DNA of 64,000 bases. Origin: Candidatus Latescibacterota bacterium. GTDB lineage: Bacteria > Latescibacterota > UBA2968. The stretch is taken from positions 5,344,001-5,408,000 of the forward strand of contig OZ241986.1 of the NCBI GenBank assembly GCA_965204375.1. The letters are read 5' to 3'. The position numbers were made by a program, and so were the translations under genes. The notes under the pieces are model-generated. The model made no database searches. It saw nothing but the letters and a program-made list of their open reading frames with translations, and had not been told where the DNA came from. This document shows, in pieces, positions 9,530-18,963 of the stretch; within the stretch, counting starts at the first letter, position 1, and every line of letters begins with the position of its first letter.

Positions 9530-10321
9530 ATGAAACCATTTTTAGCATTGTATATGAAAGAACTCAAAGCGAATAAAACCCTTTTTCTATTTTTGCTGCT
9601 TTTGATTGCCGGGATAAATGCTTATGGGGTTATGCAGATGGCAAATGTTTCGCAAGAACAGCTTGTTGCACAAGAACGGATGATCCTCAAATTTTTGCTA
9701 TTTGTTATGTTGCCTATCAATCTGGCAAAATCTATCCTCGTTCTGAGTCTGCCCTTTTTGCTGGCGCACACCTTCAATTCTGAGTGGCGATCCGAGACGC
9801 ATTATCAGATGTTTGCATTGCCGGTGTCACAATATACGGTGATTTTAGCAAAGGTCGCTGCGGTTGCAAGTGTTGGCTTTGTAGGTGGTGGGATTGTTAT
9901 TGGCTGTGTGTATTTATCGATGGCAAAAGTCGCTGACTGGCTGGTAGATGTAGGGTCTGTATTCAGGGGAGAGGTTATGCCATTTTTTGATTTTGTTCAT
10001 ATAGCAAGTTTGATGCTTGTGACTTATATGATTTTTATTTTTGGTATTGTGATGGGGGTGGAGGGAGTGAAGTTTTCAGTTAAGCGGTATCGGAGATTGG
10101 CTGCGGTTGCTTCTTTTGTTGTATTTTTATTTTATAGCTTCTTCACGCTTCAAGGTCTGAGTGTTTTTGCAAGTTTCCTGGTGCCGATGCTTCCTGTTTC
10201 TCATAATATAGGTTTCATTTCTATGGAAACGAATGTAATGCCTTATTTTTCTATCATTCTTACGGGTATCATCTTCATGATCATTGGGCTTGTGATGTAT
10301 GAAAAACGCGCGGAAATATGA
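9530..10321 (+). CDS. ABC transporter permease (paralog 2)
   Basis: Shares the RBS/start region (AAAGGAGTATGACATGAAAC), central motif and YEKRAEI end with 7626-8294. Confidence 0.75.
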   Translation: MKPFLALYMKELKANKTLFLFLLLLIAGINAYGVMQMANVSQEQLVAQERMILKFLLFVMLPINLAKSILVLSLPFLLAHTFNSEWRSETHYQMFALPVSQYTVILAKVAAVASVGFVGGGIVIGCVYLSMAKVADWLVDVGSVFRGEVMPFFDFVHIASLMLVTYMIFIFGIVMGVEGVKFSVKRYRRLAAVASFVVFLFYSFFTLQGLSVFASFLVPMLPVSHNIGFISMETNVMPYFSIILTGIIFMIIGLVMYEKRAEI

Positions 10322-10324
10322 ATT

Positions 10325-10582
10325 TCATTCTCCAATCACCTGTATTCGCTTGACTTGACTTAATCTCGCTCCAAAAGCGAGTGCTGCCAGAATATCCTCT
10401 TTTTTCAGATCTTCATAATCGTCCAGAATATCGTCAATGGACATATCCCCACTTAAGAGTGTCAAAATCATCTCAACTGGATACCGCAATCCCCGTATGC
10501 ATGGTTTGCCATGACAAATTTCAGGATTTATGGTAATGCGTTTCAGCAATTTTTCTGTAGAATGATCCGATTGCAGAGCCAT
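10325..10582 (-). CDS. DUF433 family antitoxin-like protein
   Basis: RITINPEICHGKPCIRGLRYPV...DILDDYEDLKKEDILAAL. Confidence 0.9.
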   Translation of the reverse strand: MALQSDHSTEKLLKRITINPEICHGKPCIRGLRYPVEMILTLLSGDMSIDDILDDYEDLKKEDILAALAFGARLSQVKRIQVIGE

Positions 10583-10622
10583 ATACCTATTCTTCCCCAA
10601 AATCCGTCATGATCGGTTTGTG

Positions 10623-11243
10623 CTACTCAGAGAGACGTCGGTTGAGGTCAACTGGAACCGCATAGCGCGGAGCGGCGATGGGTTCGCCTGGGGCAGGTCG
10701 TTCCAGAAAGGTTACGCTGTCGTAGAAATCATCCAATGCGATAAATCTGCCGTTCTCTTCCGCCCATTCCCGCATCCGGCGATTGCAGCTATGCCGCCAC
10801 GACAAAACTTCAATACGCCAACCTCGGCGTCGCATGCGCTCCAGGTCAGCGTGAAAGCCGACGCCATCATCAAAGCCGGCTCCGTCTCCAGTGAGCATGA
10901 CCACAATACCTGGATTGCCGTTGTAATCGAACCCATCGCGCAGCATCTCGGTTTGCAGTACCTGGTCCACGCCCTGTTCCCGTCCCTGTATTGCACCGCG
11001 TTCCAATAGCTTGATGGTAACGCCTTCGTTCTCTAAACGATTCCAGACGTGCCGTAGTTCTGGTGGGATAGAGCCAACGGCGACAGCATGCTCAATTTTT
11101 CGTCCGGCACGCGCCAGTTCCAGCAAATTCCGAAAGTGAATACGCACGCGAGAACGCACAGCTTCGCCTTCTCTGTCAATGGCAACTTGTTGAGCACTGA
11201 TGAAAATGTTGGAATCGTCCCAATAAATAAAAACTTTGCCCAT
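10623..11243 (-). CDS. NYN domain (PIN-fold RNase) protein
   Basis: VFIYWDDSNI, REQGVD, LTGDG, RRGWRIEVLSW, FIALDD; GGAG RBS before ATG 11243. Confidence 0.85.
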   Translation of the reverse strand: MGKVFIYWDDSNIFISAQQVAIDREGEAVRSRVRIHFRNLLELARAGRKIEHAVAVGSIPPELRHVWNRLENEGVTIKLLERGAIQGREQGVDQVLQTEMLRDGFDYNGNPGIVVMLTGDGAGFDDGVGFHADLERMRRRGWRIEVLSWRHSCNRRMREWAEENGRFIALDDFYDSVTFLERPAPGEPIAAPRYAVPVDLNRRLSE

Positions 11244-11363
11244 TTTGTCTCTCCGGTTTTGCTCGTCCCGGTTACACTCAATTTTCTTTTTTTGACCCAC
11301 GTCTAAAAATAGCCTATTTGCCATGACCAGTCAACAGGAAGGCTGGAGGTTGGACGACTGGTG

Positions 11364-11476
11364 TTGCTGGCACACGCCTTCAATTTCGAGTGGCGATCTG
11401 AAACGCATTATCTTATGTTTGCGCTGCCAGAATGTCCTCTTTTTTCAGATCTTCATAATCGTCCAGAATATCCTCA
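11364..11476. pseudogene. Chimeric scar: ABC permease fragment joined to DUF433 fragment
   Basis: 11364-11428 matches permease segments 7797-7861 and 9758-9822; 11423-11476 matches DUF433 segment 10383-10436. Confidence 0.75.
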
Positions 11477-11487
11477 GAGAAAACGCA

Positions 11488-12570
11488 TTGACACCATCTA
11501 ACACCGCCACATTTGCAGATACGACCTATCAGCGCCGCTATGATGTCGATTGGCTGAGGGTGCTGGCCATGGTTTTGCTCATTATCTATCACATTGTCGT
11601 CAGTTTTCAACCCTGGGCTACAAAAATATTCTTCATCCAGAACGAGCAGTCCATAGAGGGACTATGGATTATCATGGCCATGATAAACGTGTGGCGTATT
11701 CCAATTCTTTTTTTAATCTCTGGCATGGGCGTTCGCTTTGCTATGGAACGCCGCGACTGGAAACAGCTTCTTAAAGACCGCACGGTTCGGATACTTATAC
11801 CATTCTTATTCGGTTTCTTTTTTATTTGCCCGATCAGTGTCTATTTCTCACTGAGATTCTATAATCAAGAAGGCGCGTACATTCCCAATCCCGGGCATCT
11901 CTGGTTTCTCGCCAATATTTTCTTATATGTTCTGTTACTCCTGCCGCTCTGGATTTACCTGAGAAACAACCCAGACAATTACATTTTGCGTGCGTTTTCA
12001 AAAATATTTCGCCGACCACCGGGACTTTATCTTGTCGCTCTACCCGTAATGGTTGAAGTATTGCTTGTGAACCCGACGCATTTTCCCGCCTATGCCCAGA
12101 CACCACATGGCTTCTATCTTGGCATGATCTGTTTTATCATGGGGTTCGTCTTTATTTCTATTGGGGATAATTTCTGGCGGGCTGTGGAACGCATCCGTAG
12201 AATTGCCCTGACAGTGGCATTTCTACTTTATCTGGTGCGGTTAATGGTTTTTCATCTGAATGGAGAACCCAGTTTGCTAACGGCTTTTGAATCTGTGAAC
12301 TGGATGTTAGCCATACTTGGGTATGGGTCATTATACCTCAATAGGCCCTCTGATAGCTTGACCTACTTCAGCAAAGCTGTATATCCCGTGTACATTATTC
12401 ACATGCCCGTGCAGTACTGTATTTCATTCTATCTCTTGCCTCTTGCTTTGCCAGTGTTCCTGAAACTGATTTTGCTGCTTTTGGGAACCTTCGGTGTCAG
12501 TCTGTTAATTTATGAATATTTCATCCGGCGATTAAGATGGATCCAACCCATGTTTGGTGTAAAAATATGA
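11488..12570 (+). CDS. Acyltransferase family 3 protein (MdoC/OpgC-like)
   Basis: RRYDVDWLR, WRIPILFLISG, HLWFL, YPVYIIH; about 10 TM segments; likely TTG start at 11488. Confidence 0.85.
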   Translation: MTPSNTATFADTTYQRRYDVDWLRVLAMVLLIIYHIVVSFQPWATKIFFIQNEQSIEGLWIIMAMINVWRIPILFLISGMGVRFAMERRDWKQLLKDRTVRILIPFLFGFFFICPISVYFSLRFYNQEGAYIPNPGHLWFLANIFLYVLLLLPLWIYLRNNPDNYILRAFSKIFRRPPGLYLVALPVMVEVLLVNPTHFPAYAQTPHGFYLGMICFIMGFVFISIGDNFWRAVERIRRIALTVAFLLYLVRLMVFHLNGEPSLLTAFESVNWMLAILGYGSLYLNRPSDSLTYFSKAVYPVYIIHMPVQYCISFYLLPLALPVFLKLILLLLGTFGVSLLIYEYFIRRLRWIQPMFGVKI

Positions 12571-14969
12571 CAATGCGATGGGTGTGGTTATTTGCCGTTC
12601 TTTTATTTTCTGCACAGGTGCAGGCAAAGGTGATTCAGGGCACTGTGACCGATGCGTCAACAGGTGAGCCGCTTCCCGCTGCAACGGTGCATGTTCTGGG
12701 GGCTTATGATGGGACGATTTCAAATACCGAGGGCAAGTATGTGCTGTCTTTGCGTTCTGTTCCCGCGGTGGTGGAGGTGCGTTATATCGGCTACCGGTCA
12801 CAGCGGTACAATGTGACGGAGGACGCAGCCGATGTGCGTGATTTTGCCCTGGCGCCTGTGCCGATTGAGTTGGAGACGCTCGTGGTGACGGCTGAGGATA
12901 TGGGGCCCAGTATTATGCGTAAGGTCATCGCGCAGAAGCAAACGTGGTGGGATAGTCTGGAGACGTTTCGCGTTGAAGCTTATTCGCGCTTTGTCTATTA
13001 CAGGGGAAAGGGGGATAATGACTCATCGGAGATTGTCGCGATTATTGAGAGCTTGTCCGATGGTTTTTGGGATAGGGAAAAAGGGTGGCGGGAGGTTATT
13101 AAGGACAAACGCGAGACAGAGAATTTGGATTTTGAGATTGCACTGCCTGCGGCTGCAGGTGTGAATTTGTACGATGATGAGACTGAACTCGCTGGGCATC
13201 TTATGATCGGTGTTACGCATCCCGATGCATTGGATCATTATGATTTTGTGCTCACAGGCCGTCGCAAGATGGATGAGCACATTATTTACGATATTGACGT
13301 GAAACCCAAACACAGTCTCAAGACGGCTTTTAATGGTCGCGTGGCTGTGCTCGATAGTGTGTACGCGCTCGTGGAGGTGGAATTGACGCCAAATCGAGCG
13401 TTTTTGTTTCCGCCGCCTGTTCGCGAATTTACCATTACTATGCGCCAGCAGTTTAGCAATTTCGGTGGTGATTACTATTTGCCGGTGGGCTATCAGTCGG
13501 ATGTGAATGTTGAGATTGGGATGATTGGTTTGCAATTCCCGCCTATTAAGGGTCAGCGCGTTTCTCGGTTGACGGGGTATGAGGTGAATGTCGCGTTGCC
13601 CGATTCGCTTTATGAGCAGGATCGCATTGTGGTGGTGGATTCCGCGCGTGTCGAGCAGGATAGTTTGTTGGTTCAAACAGCACTCGCCGTGCCGTTGGAT
13701 GATATCGAGCAAGAGGCTTATGCGCGCATTGACAGTACGATGACGCTGGATAAAGCTTATGAGCCAAAGGGGTTTTTGGCGCGTTTTGTGAAGGAGGATG
13801 AGGAAAAGAAGAAAAGCGAAAAAAATAGTAAGGATGGTGAGAAGAAACGCAAGTTGCCGTTTCGAGTTGATCCCGATATATGGTTCAATCGCGTGGATGG
13901 TGGGCATTTAGGTTCAAAAATTTCTGCGGGGTCGAGTCGAAGCCGAGCGGCTTTTGCTGGTGGGAGCGCGTATAATTTTGGTTTGAAACGATGGTCTTTG
14001 AATGGCAAGGCAACGGTGCGCTGGGGAGCGAGTAATAAGGGTTTTGTTTCGTTTGAGGGTTTTCGCGGGACAGATACGCGCCATCGGTCGAGACTGTATA
14101 GCCGATACGAGGTCAGTTTGCGGCAGATTAGAGGTTTAGAAGATTATTTTGATTTTTTCTGGCGCGAGGGTGTAAGGGGCACTGCGGGCTATCGGTTTGG
14201 TCGTCCGCGAAGGGCGGGTGTGCGGTTGAGCGGTGGGGTAAATGTCGCACAACACAGTTCGGTGGAGAAGACGACGGATTGGCATTTGAGTGGGGATGTT
14301 GATGTGCAACGGCCCAATCCGGAGATTGATCCGGGCAATTTGCGTTCTGTGTTTTTGCGTGCGGATATCGAGGGTAAAAATTCGGGACCCGCACTCATTT
14401 TTGGGAAACGAAAAATCGCATTGGAGGTTGAACACAGCCGGTCGGGATTTGGTAGTGATTTTGATTTTACACAGGTTCGGATGCTGTTGGATTGGCGGAT
14501 CGAGACGATGTTTAAGCGGCGTTTGTTGCCCAATGTGCTCGATGTGCGCGTTGTCGGCAGTGCGTTTACGGGGACACTGCCCAGGCAGCGTTTTGAGATT
14601 TTGGATTTAGGGGTGCTATTGAGCAGGGTTTCGATATTCGGGGGATTTCGAACGCGAGTGGAGCGCCCTTATGAAGGCGAGAAGGTGTTGGGGATGTTCT
14701 GGGAACACAATTTTCGCACGGTTCCATTTGAGCTGATGGGCTGGCGGTGGGCTGCGGAGCGCAATATTGGTTTGATTGTTCACGGCGGGCACGGGCGCAC
14801 ATGGTTTGGAGATCGGGCGTTATTGGATTACGCGCCGCAATATACAGACGGTTTTCACCACGAAATAGGTGTGTCGATTAATGGGCTGTTTAATTTATTC
14901 CGATTGGATTTTTCAAAGCGGTTGGATGCACCGGGATTTTTTGTGAGTGTTGGGTTTGTGCGGTTTTGA
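12567..14969 (+). CDS. Outer-membrane protein with carboxypeptidase-regulatory-like and DUF5686-like domains
   Basis: Signal peptide; GTVTDASTGEPLPAATV...GTISNTEGKY...RYIGY; beta-barrel-like C-terminus ending in F. Confidence 0.75.
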   Translation: MTMRWVWLFAVLLFSAQVQAKVIQGTVTDASTGEPLPAATVHVLGAYDGTISNTEGKYVLSLRSVPAVVEVRYIGYRSQRYNVTEDAADVRDFALAPVPIELETLVVTAEDMGPSIMRKVIAQKQTWWDSLETFRVEAYSRFVYYRGKGDNDSSEIVAIIESLSDGFWDREKGWREVIKDKRETENLDFEIALPAAAGVNLYDDETELAGHLMIGVTHPDALDHYDFVLTGRRKMDEHIIYDIDVKPKHSLKTAFNGRVAVLDSVYALVEVELTPNRAFLFPPPVREFTITMRQQFSNFGGDYYLPVGYQSDVNVEIGMIGLQFPPIKGQRVSRLTGYEVNVALPDSLYEQDRIVVVDSARVEQDSLLVQTALAVPLDDIEQEAYARIDSTMTLDKAYEPKGFLARFVKEDEEKKKSEKNSKDGEKKRKLPFRVDPDIWFNRVDGGHLGSKISAGSSRSRAAFAGGSAYNFGLKRWSLNGKATVRWGASNKGFVSFEGFRGTDTRHRSRLYSRYEVSLRQIRGLEDYFDFFWREGVRGTAGYRFGRPRRAGVRLSGGVNVAQHSSVEKTTDWHLSGDVDVQRPNPEIDPGNLRSVFLRADIEGKNSGPALIFGKRKIALEVEHSRSGFGSDFDFTQVRMLLDWRIETMFKRRLLPNVLDVRVVGSAFTGTLPRQRFEILDLGVLLSRVSIFGGFRTRVERPYEGEKVLGMFWEHNFRTVPFELMGWRWAAERNIGLIVHGGHGRTWFGDRALLDYAPQYTDGFHHEIGVSINGLFNLFRLDFSKRLDAPGFFVSVGFVRF

Positions 14970-14996
14970 GGGTGTGGTGGATAACACATCATCTTC

Positions 14997-15030
14997 GCCC
15001 CTTGTCAGATACATTGACAAGGGGCTTTTT
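14997..15030 (+). terminator. Rho-independent terminator overlapping promoter-like boxes
   Basis: GCCCCTTGTCA-GATACAT-TGACAAGGGGC then TTTTT; contains TTGACA, with TATAAT at 15035. Confidence 0.7.
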
Positions 15031-15087
15031 GGTTTATAATATTGTCGCGGTTTTTTGTGGGATTACACTTTAATGTAAAGGAGTTTC

Positions 15088-16428
15088 ATGGCCAGTAATA
15101 TTATTCTCATTTTTGGCGATCAGTGGCGCGCACAGGCATTTGGTTATGCCGGCAATTCCTGTGTGCAGACGCCGAATATCGATCGTCTCGCGTCTCAAAG
15201 TATCAATGCGATACACGCGGTTTCAGGTTGTTCGGTTTGTTGCCCGGCGCGGGCGTCTTTGCTGACGGGGCAATATCCGCTGACGCATGGCGTTTTTGTC
15301 AATGATGTCCATTTGAGCGATAGGGCTGTTAGTCTGGCTCAGGCTTTTAAGAATGCGGGATACGATACCGCTTATGTGGGCAAATGGCATGTGAATGCAA
15401 ATGGGCGATCCAATTATATTCCTTCCGAAAATCGGCAGGGGTTTGATTATTGGAAGGTGCTGGAGTGTACGCACAATTACAATAATTCTTTTTATTATGC
15501 GAATGATTCCGATGAGAAACTCACATGGGAGGGGTACGACGCGATTGCGCAGACGCGCGATGTGCAGGATTACATTGAGAATCACGACTCGGAGAATCCC
15601 TTTTTGCTCGTGCTGTCGTGGGGTCCACCACACGCGCCTTATGAGACTGCACCTGAGAAATACCGCGCAATGTATCGCCCCGAGGATGTGCCGCTGCGCG
15701 AGAATGTGCCGCCAGAATCGGAAGCAAATGCCCGAGAATGGATTGCGGGCTATTACGCTCATTGCACGGCGCTGGACGATTGTATGGGCGATTTGCTCCA
15801 GACGCTGGACGATAAGGGTATAGCTGACGATACGCTTTTGCTCTTTTTTTCAGATCACGGCGATATGCTGGGCTCACAGGGGAGTGCAAAGAAGCAACAG
15901 CCCTGGGAGGAGTCTATTCGCATTCCGTTTTTGTTGCGATGGCCAGCGCGGTTTGGGATGGAGGGGCGGGAGATTTCTGATCCTATCGATATTCCCGATA
16001 TTATGCCCACGCTTTTGGGGCTTTGTGGGATTGATGTTCCCGATACGGTTGAGGGGTTGGATTTTTCGGATTATCTTATGGGAGGTGAGAATCCATCTGA
16101 CGGTGCCGCGCTTTTACAATGTCCGCAGCCTTTTGGGCAGTGGACGCGCGATAGGGGCGCGCGCGAATATCGCGGCTTGCGGACGGGGAAATACACGTAT
16201 GTTCGCTCGCTCGATGGGCCGTGGTTGCTCTATGATAACGATGCCGATCCCTTTCAGTTGAACAATCTTATTAATGATCCTGAATACGCGGATTTGCGCC
16301 GCGAGTTGGATGCCTGGCTCCAGCGCCGCCTCGATGCACAAGGCGATGAATTTCTTCCCGGTGCAGATTATATTCGGCAGTGGGGATATACGGTGAATGA
16401 GAGCGGTACTGTGCCTTATACGAATTAA
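15088..16428 (+). CDS. Cys-type sulfatase
   Basis: DQWR, CCPARASLLTG (CxPxR), GKWH, SDHG. Confidence 0.93.
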   Translation: MASNIILIFGDQWRAQAFGYAGNSCVQTPNIDRLASQSINAIHAVSGCSVCCPARASLLTGQYPLTHGVFVNDVHLSDRAVSLAQAFKNAGYDTAYVGKWHVNANGRSNYIPSENRQGFDYWKVLECTHNYNNSFYYANDSDEKLTWEGYDAIAQTRDVQDYIENHDSENPFLLVLSWGPPHAPYETAPEKYRAMYRPEDVPLRENVPPESEANAREWIAGYYAHCTALDDCMGDLLQTLDDKGIADDTLLLFFSDHGDMLGSQGSAKKQQPWEESIRIPFLLRWPARFGMEGREISDPIDIPDIMPTLLGLCGIDVPDTVEGLDFSDYLMGGENPSDGAALLQCPQPFGQWTRDRGAREYRGLRTGKYTYVRSLDGPWLLYDNDADPFQLNNLINDPEYADLRRELDAWLQRRLDAQGDEFLPGADYIRQWGYTVNESGTVPYTN

Positions 16429-16443
16429 ATTTTGGAGTAAAAC

Positions 16444-16827
16444 ATGAATCGCGGTAAAAATGTTTTGGGCGAGGAACTCGAGGATTGTTGTACCGATCCT
16501 ATGACGGGTTTTTTTAGAGATGGATGTTGTCGCACGGGTCCGGGCGATCTGGGGTTGCATATTCTCTGCGCGGAGATGACGGAAGAGTTTTTGGCTTTTT
16601 CCCAGTCTGCGGGCAATGACCTGAGTACGCCTGTGCCCGAATTGCGCTTTCCCGGTCTCGTGCCGGGCGACCGATGGTGTTTGTGTGTCCAGCGCTGGGT
16701 TGAAGCGCTCAATGCGGGTTTTGCACCGCCCGTTTATCTTTCGGGGACGCATATTTCTACGCTTGAGTTTGTCGATTTGGATACGCTGAAGGAATATGCA
16801 CTGGATAATGGAGACCCTTTGACATGA
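16444..16827 (+). CDS. DUF2237 family protein
   Basis: NVLGEELEDC..DPMTGFFRDGCC, GNDLSTP, PGDRWCLC. Confidence 0.9.
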   Translation: MNRGKNVLGEELEDCCTDPMTGFFRDGCCRTGPGDLGLHILCAEMTEEFLAFSQSAGNDLSTPVPELRFPGLVPGDRWCLCVQRWVEALNAGFAPPVYLSGTHISTLEFVDLDTLKEYALDNGDPLT

Positions 16828-17765
16828 TTGAAAAAGCCACTCTTCAAGTCCCACGTCGTCGCTGGGGCAAGACCGAACTTTCTATTCCCGTTATTCCCTT
16901 TGGTACGCAGGGGTTTGGCAACAATTTTGGTACTGTTACCGATGACGAGGCCGCAGACCTGATTCGGTTTGCGGTGGATATTGGGGTCAATCACTTCGAT
17001 TGTGCGCGGTGTTATGGGGATTCACTGCGAAAACTCGGTCTTGCGATTAAGCAGGGCGTTGTCGAGCGCGATGAGATTATTATTAGTGGGCGCGTTTGTT
17101 GCCACAGTGCTGCGAAGTGGGGTGTATATGGAGATGGAGATCCCGATTATTCAACTGAGCGTGCGCTTGCCGATATAGAGGATCAGCTCGAGATTTTGGG
17201 GATTGATCACTTCGATGTGCTCTTTATTCACGATCCGTGGAGTATCGAGGCTACGCTGGTTTCGGGGGGTACGCTCGAGGGATTGGAAAAGGCGCGGGAA
17301 CGGGGGTGGGTCAATTTTATTGGATATGGGATGCGGCCCCACGATTTTCATCTGGCGCAGATCGAATCCGGACGCACGGACTGTTTCCTGTGTTTTAGCG
17401 ATCACAATCTTTTGCGAGAGACCATTAGCGAAAATATTTTGCCCGCTGCGGCGGAGCGCGATCTGGGCGTGATGAATGGCTGGTCGATTATGCGCGGTTA
17501 TCTCACGGGCGCGCCTGTGGAAAATTTTGTGCCCCGCGACCGCTGGCGAGAAGATCACGAGCGCGCCGAGAATATGCGTCTGTGGTGCGAAGATCGCGGG
17601 TATAACTTGCTCGAGCTGACTTTGCAATTCTGTATTCGCGAAACCCGCATTCACGGCAATCCGATCGGTAGTCTGAACAAGGAGCAACTCGAGGCCAATG
17701 TGCGCGCGGCGTGTGCAACGGTTTCCGATGAGGTGTTCGAAGAGTTTTTCGCTGCGGAACTTTAG
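16824..17765 (+). CDS. Aldo/keto reductase
   Basis: RRWGKTELSIPVIPFGT, GVNHFDCARCYG, DVLFIHDP. Confidence 0.85.
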   Translation: MIEKATLQVPRRRWGKTELSIPVIPFGTQGFGNNFGTVTDDEAADLIRFAVDIGVNHFDCARCYGDSLRKLGLAIKQGVVERDEIIISGRVCCHSAAKWGVYGDGDPDYSTERALADIEDQLEILGIDHFDVLFIHDPWSIEATLVSGGTLEGLEKARERGWVNFIGYGMRPHDFHLAQIESGRTDCFLCFSDHNLLRETISENILPAAAERDLGVMNGWSIMRGYLTGAPVENFVPRDRWREDHERAENMRLWCEDRGYNLLELTLQFCIRETRIHGNPIGSLNKEQLEANVRAACATVSDEVFEEFFAAEL

Positions 17766-17774
17766 GAGTTTTTT

Positions 17775-18836
17775 ATGCAAATTCACACGTATCAACCCGC
17801 ACATCTCCACGCGCTTACGAGATGTTTGTTTGAAGCATCTGGTGCGACACCCGATATTGCAGATATTGTCGCGAAGATTCTGGTGAATGCCAATCTCGCC
17901 GGTCACGATTCTCACGGTGTTCTCCGCATCCCTTTGTATCTCACTAATATCTCCGAGGGGGGGATGAATCCGGCGGCTGAACCGACTACGGTGCGGGAAT
18001 CAGCCACTACACTGGTTCTGGATGGCAACCGGGGAGTGGGGCATCTTACGGCTTATCGCGCAGTCCACCAGGCGATGGAAAAAGCGCGAACTTCTGAAAT
18101 TTGTTCGGTTTCTTTCACGCGGGTTGCACATATTGGGCGGCTGGGAGAATATGTCGAGATTGCCGCGCGCGCGGGGTTTATCGGTATTTGCATGGTTGGT
18201 GGGGGTTCGCCCAATACGATGAAAGTTCTGCCTTTTGGAGGGAAGAAAGGGAGTCTGGGTACCAATCCCATTGCGGTGGGGGTTCCCACGGGCGACGATG
18301 CGCCTTTTGTAATCGATTTTGCCACTGCCATGGTCGCCGAGGGCAAACTCCAGGTTGCGCGAAGCAAGAATGCGTCGATTCCCGATACTTTTATTGTGGA
18401 TAAGAATAACAATCCGTCAACCAATCCCCTCGATTTTTACGATGGCGGATTTTTGCGTGCTTTTGGTGAGCACAAGGGCTACGCGCTTTCGCTGCTGGTC
18501 TGTTTGATGGGGCTGCTTTCGGGGGCTCAAAGGGAGGGCCGGCGTTCTGGGGGTGCGTTTATGCAGGTTATCGATATCAGTACATTTACAGACCTGGATA
18601 GTTATCAACAGGATATTCGCGCATTTTTAGATGCGATGAAGACGACCGAATCCGCCGATGGGATAGACGAGGTTCTGGTTCCCGGGGATTTTGAGTACCG
18701 CAATCGCAAGCATCGCCTCAAACACGGCATTGAAATACCCGATACGATTAACGAGCAAATTGGCGAATGGGCAGACCGCCTCAAAGTGCCTGTGGATGAT
18801 GGTATTGTGGAGGATGAGGATAGGGCGCATTATTGA
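17775..18836 (+). CDS. Ldh_2 (malate/L-lactate/ureidoglycolate dehydrogenase) family oxidoreductase
   Basis: ANLAGHDSHG, HIGRLG, GTNPIA, HKGYALS. Confidence 0.9.
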   Translation: MQIHTYQPAHLHALTRCLFEASGATPDIADIVAKILVNANLAGHDSHGVLRIPLYLTNISEGGMNPAAEPTTVRESATTLVLDGNRGVGHLTAYRAVHQAMEKARTSEICSVSFTRVAHIGRLGEYVEIAARAGFIGICMVGGGSPNTMKVLPFGGKKGSLGTNPIAVGVPTGDDAPFVIDFATAMVAEGKLQVARSKNASIPDTFIVDKNNNPSTNPLDFYDGGFLRAFGEHKGYALSLLVCLMGLLSGAQREGRRSGGAFMQVIDISTFTDLDSYQQDIRAFLDAMKTTESADGIDEVLVPGDFEYRNRKHRLKHGIEIPDTINEQIGEWADRLKVPVDDGIVEDEDRAHY

Positions 18837-18900
18837 TCGCGGATGAAACGGATTAAAGGATGACGCGGATTAAAGGCGAAGGGCTGGGGGCTGGGGGTTG
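18836..18900 (+). repeat. Short tandem repeat module (CGCGGAT type plus GGGGCTG)
   Basis: ATCGCGGATGAAACGGATTAAAGGATGACGCGGATT; related to the reverse complement of 61326-61361. Confidence 0.65.
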
Positions 18901-18911
18901 GTCTTTGAAAT

Positions 18912-18951
18912 AAAAAAGGGGTGAAACCGATTGATGGTTTCACCCCTTTTT
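18912..18951. terminator. Bidirectional terminator
   Basis: AAAAAAGGGGTGAAACC...GGTTTCACCCCTTTTT between convergent genes. Confidence 0.85.
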
Positions 18952-18963
18952 GCGTTGCGACGC

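Noticed and set aside
7797-11428. DGR template/variable repeat among the three permease-like segments
   Set aside because: Many mismatches fall on A of the 7797 copy, but several are at C or G, and no reverse transcriptase is present; ordinary paralogy explains it.
15014-15040. Consensus promoter TTGACA/TATAAT for the sulfatase operon
   Set aside because: The spacer is only 15 nt and the -35 lies inside a terminator stem; not called separately.
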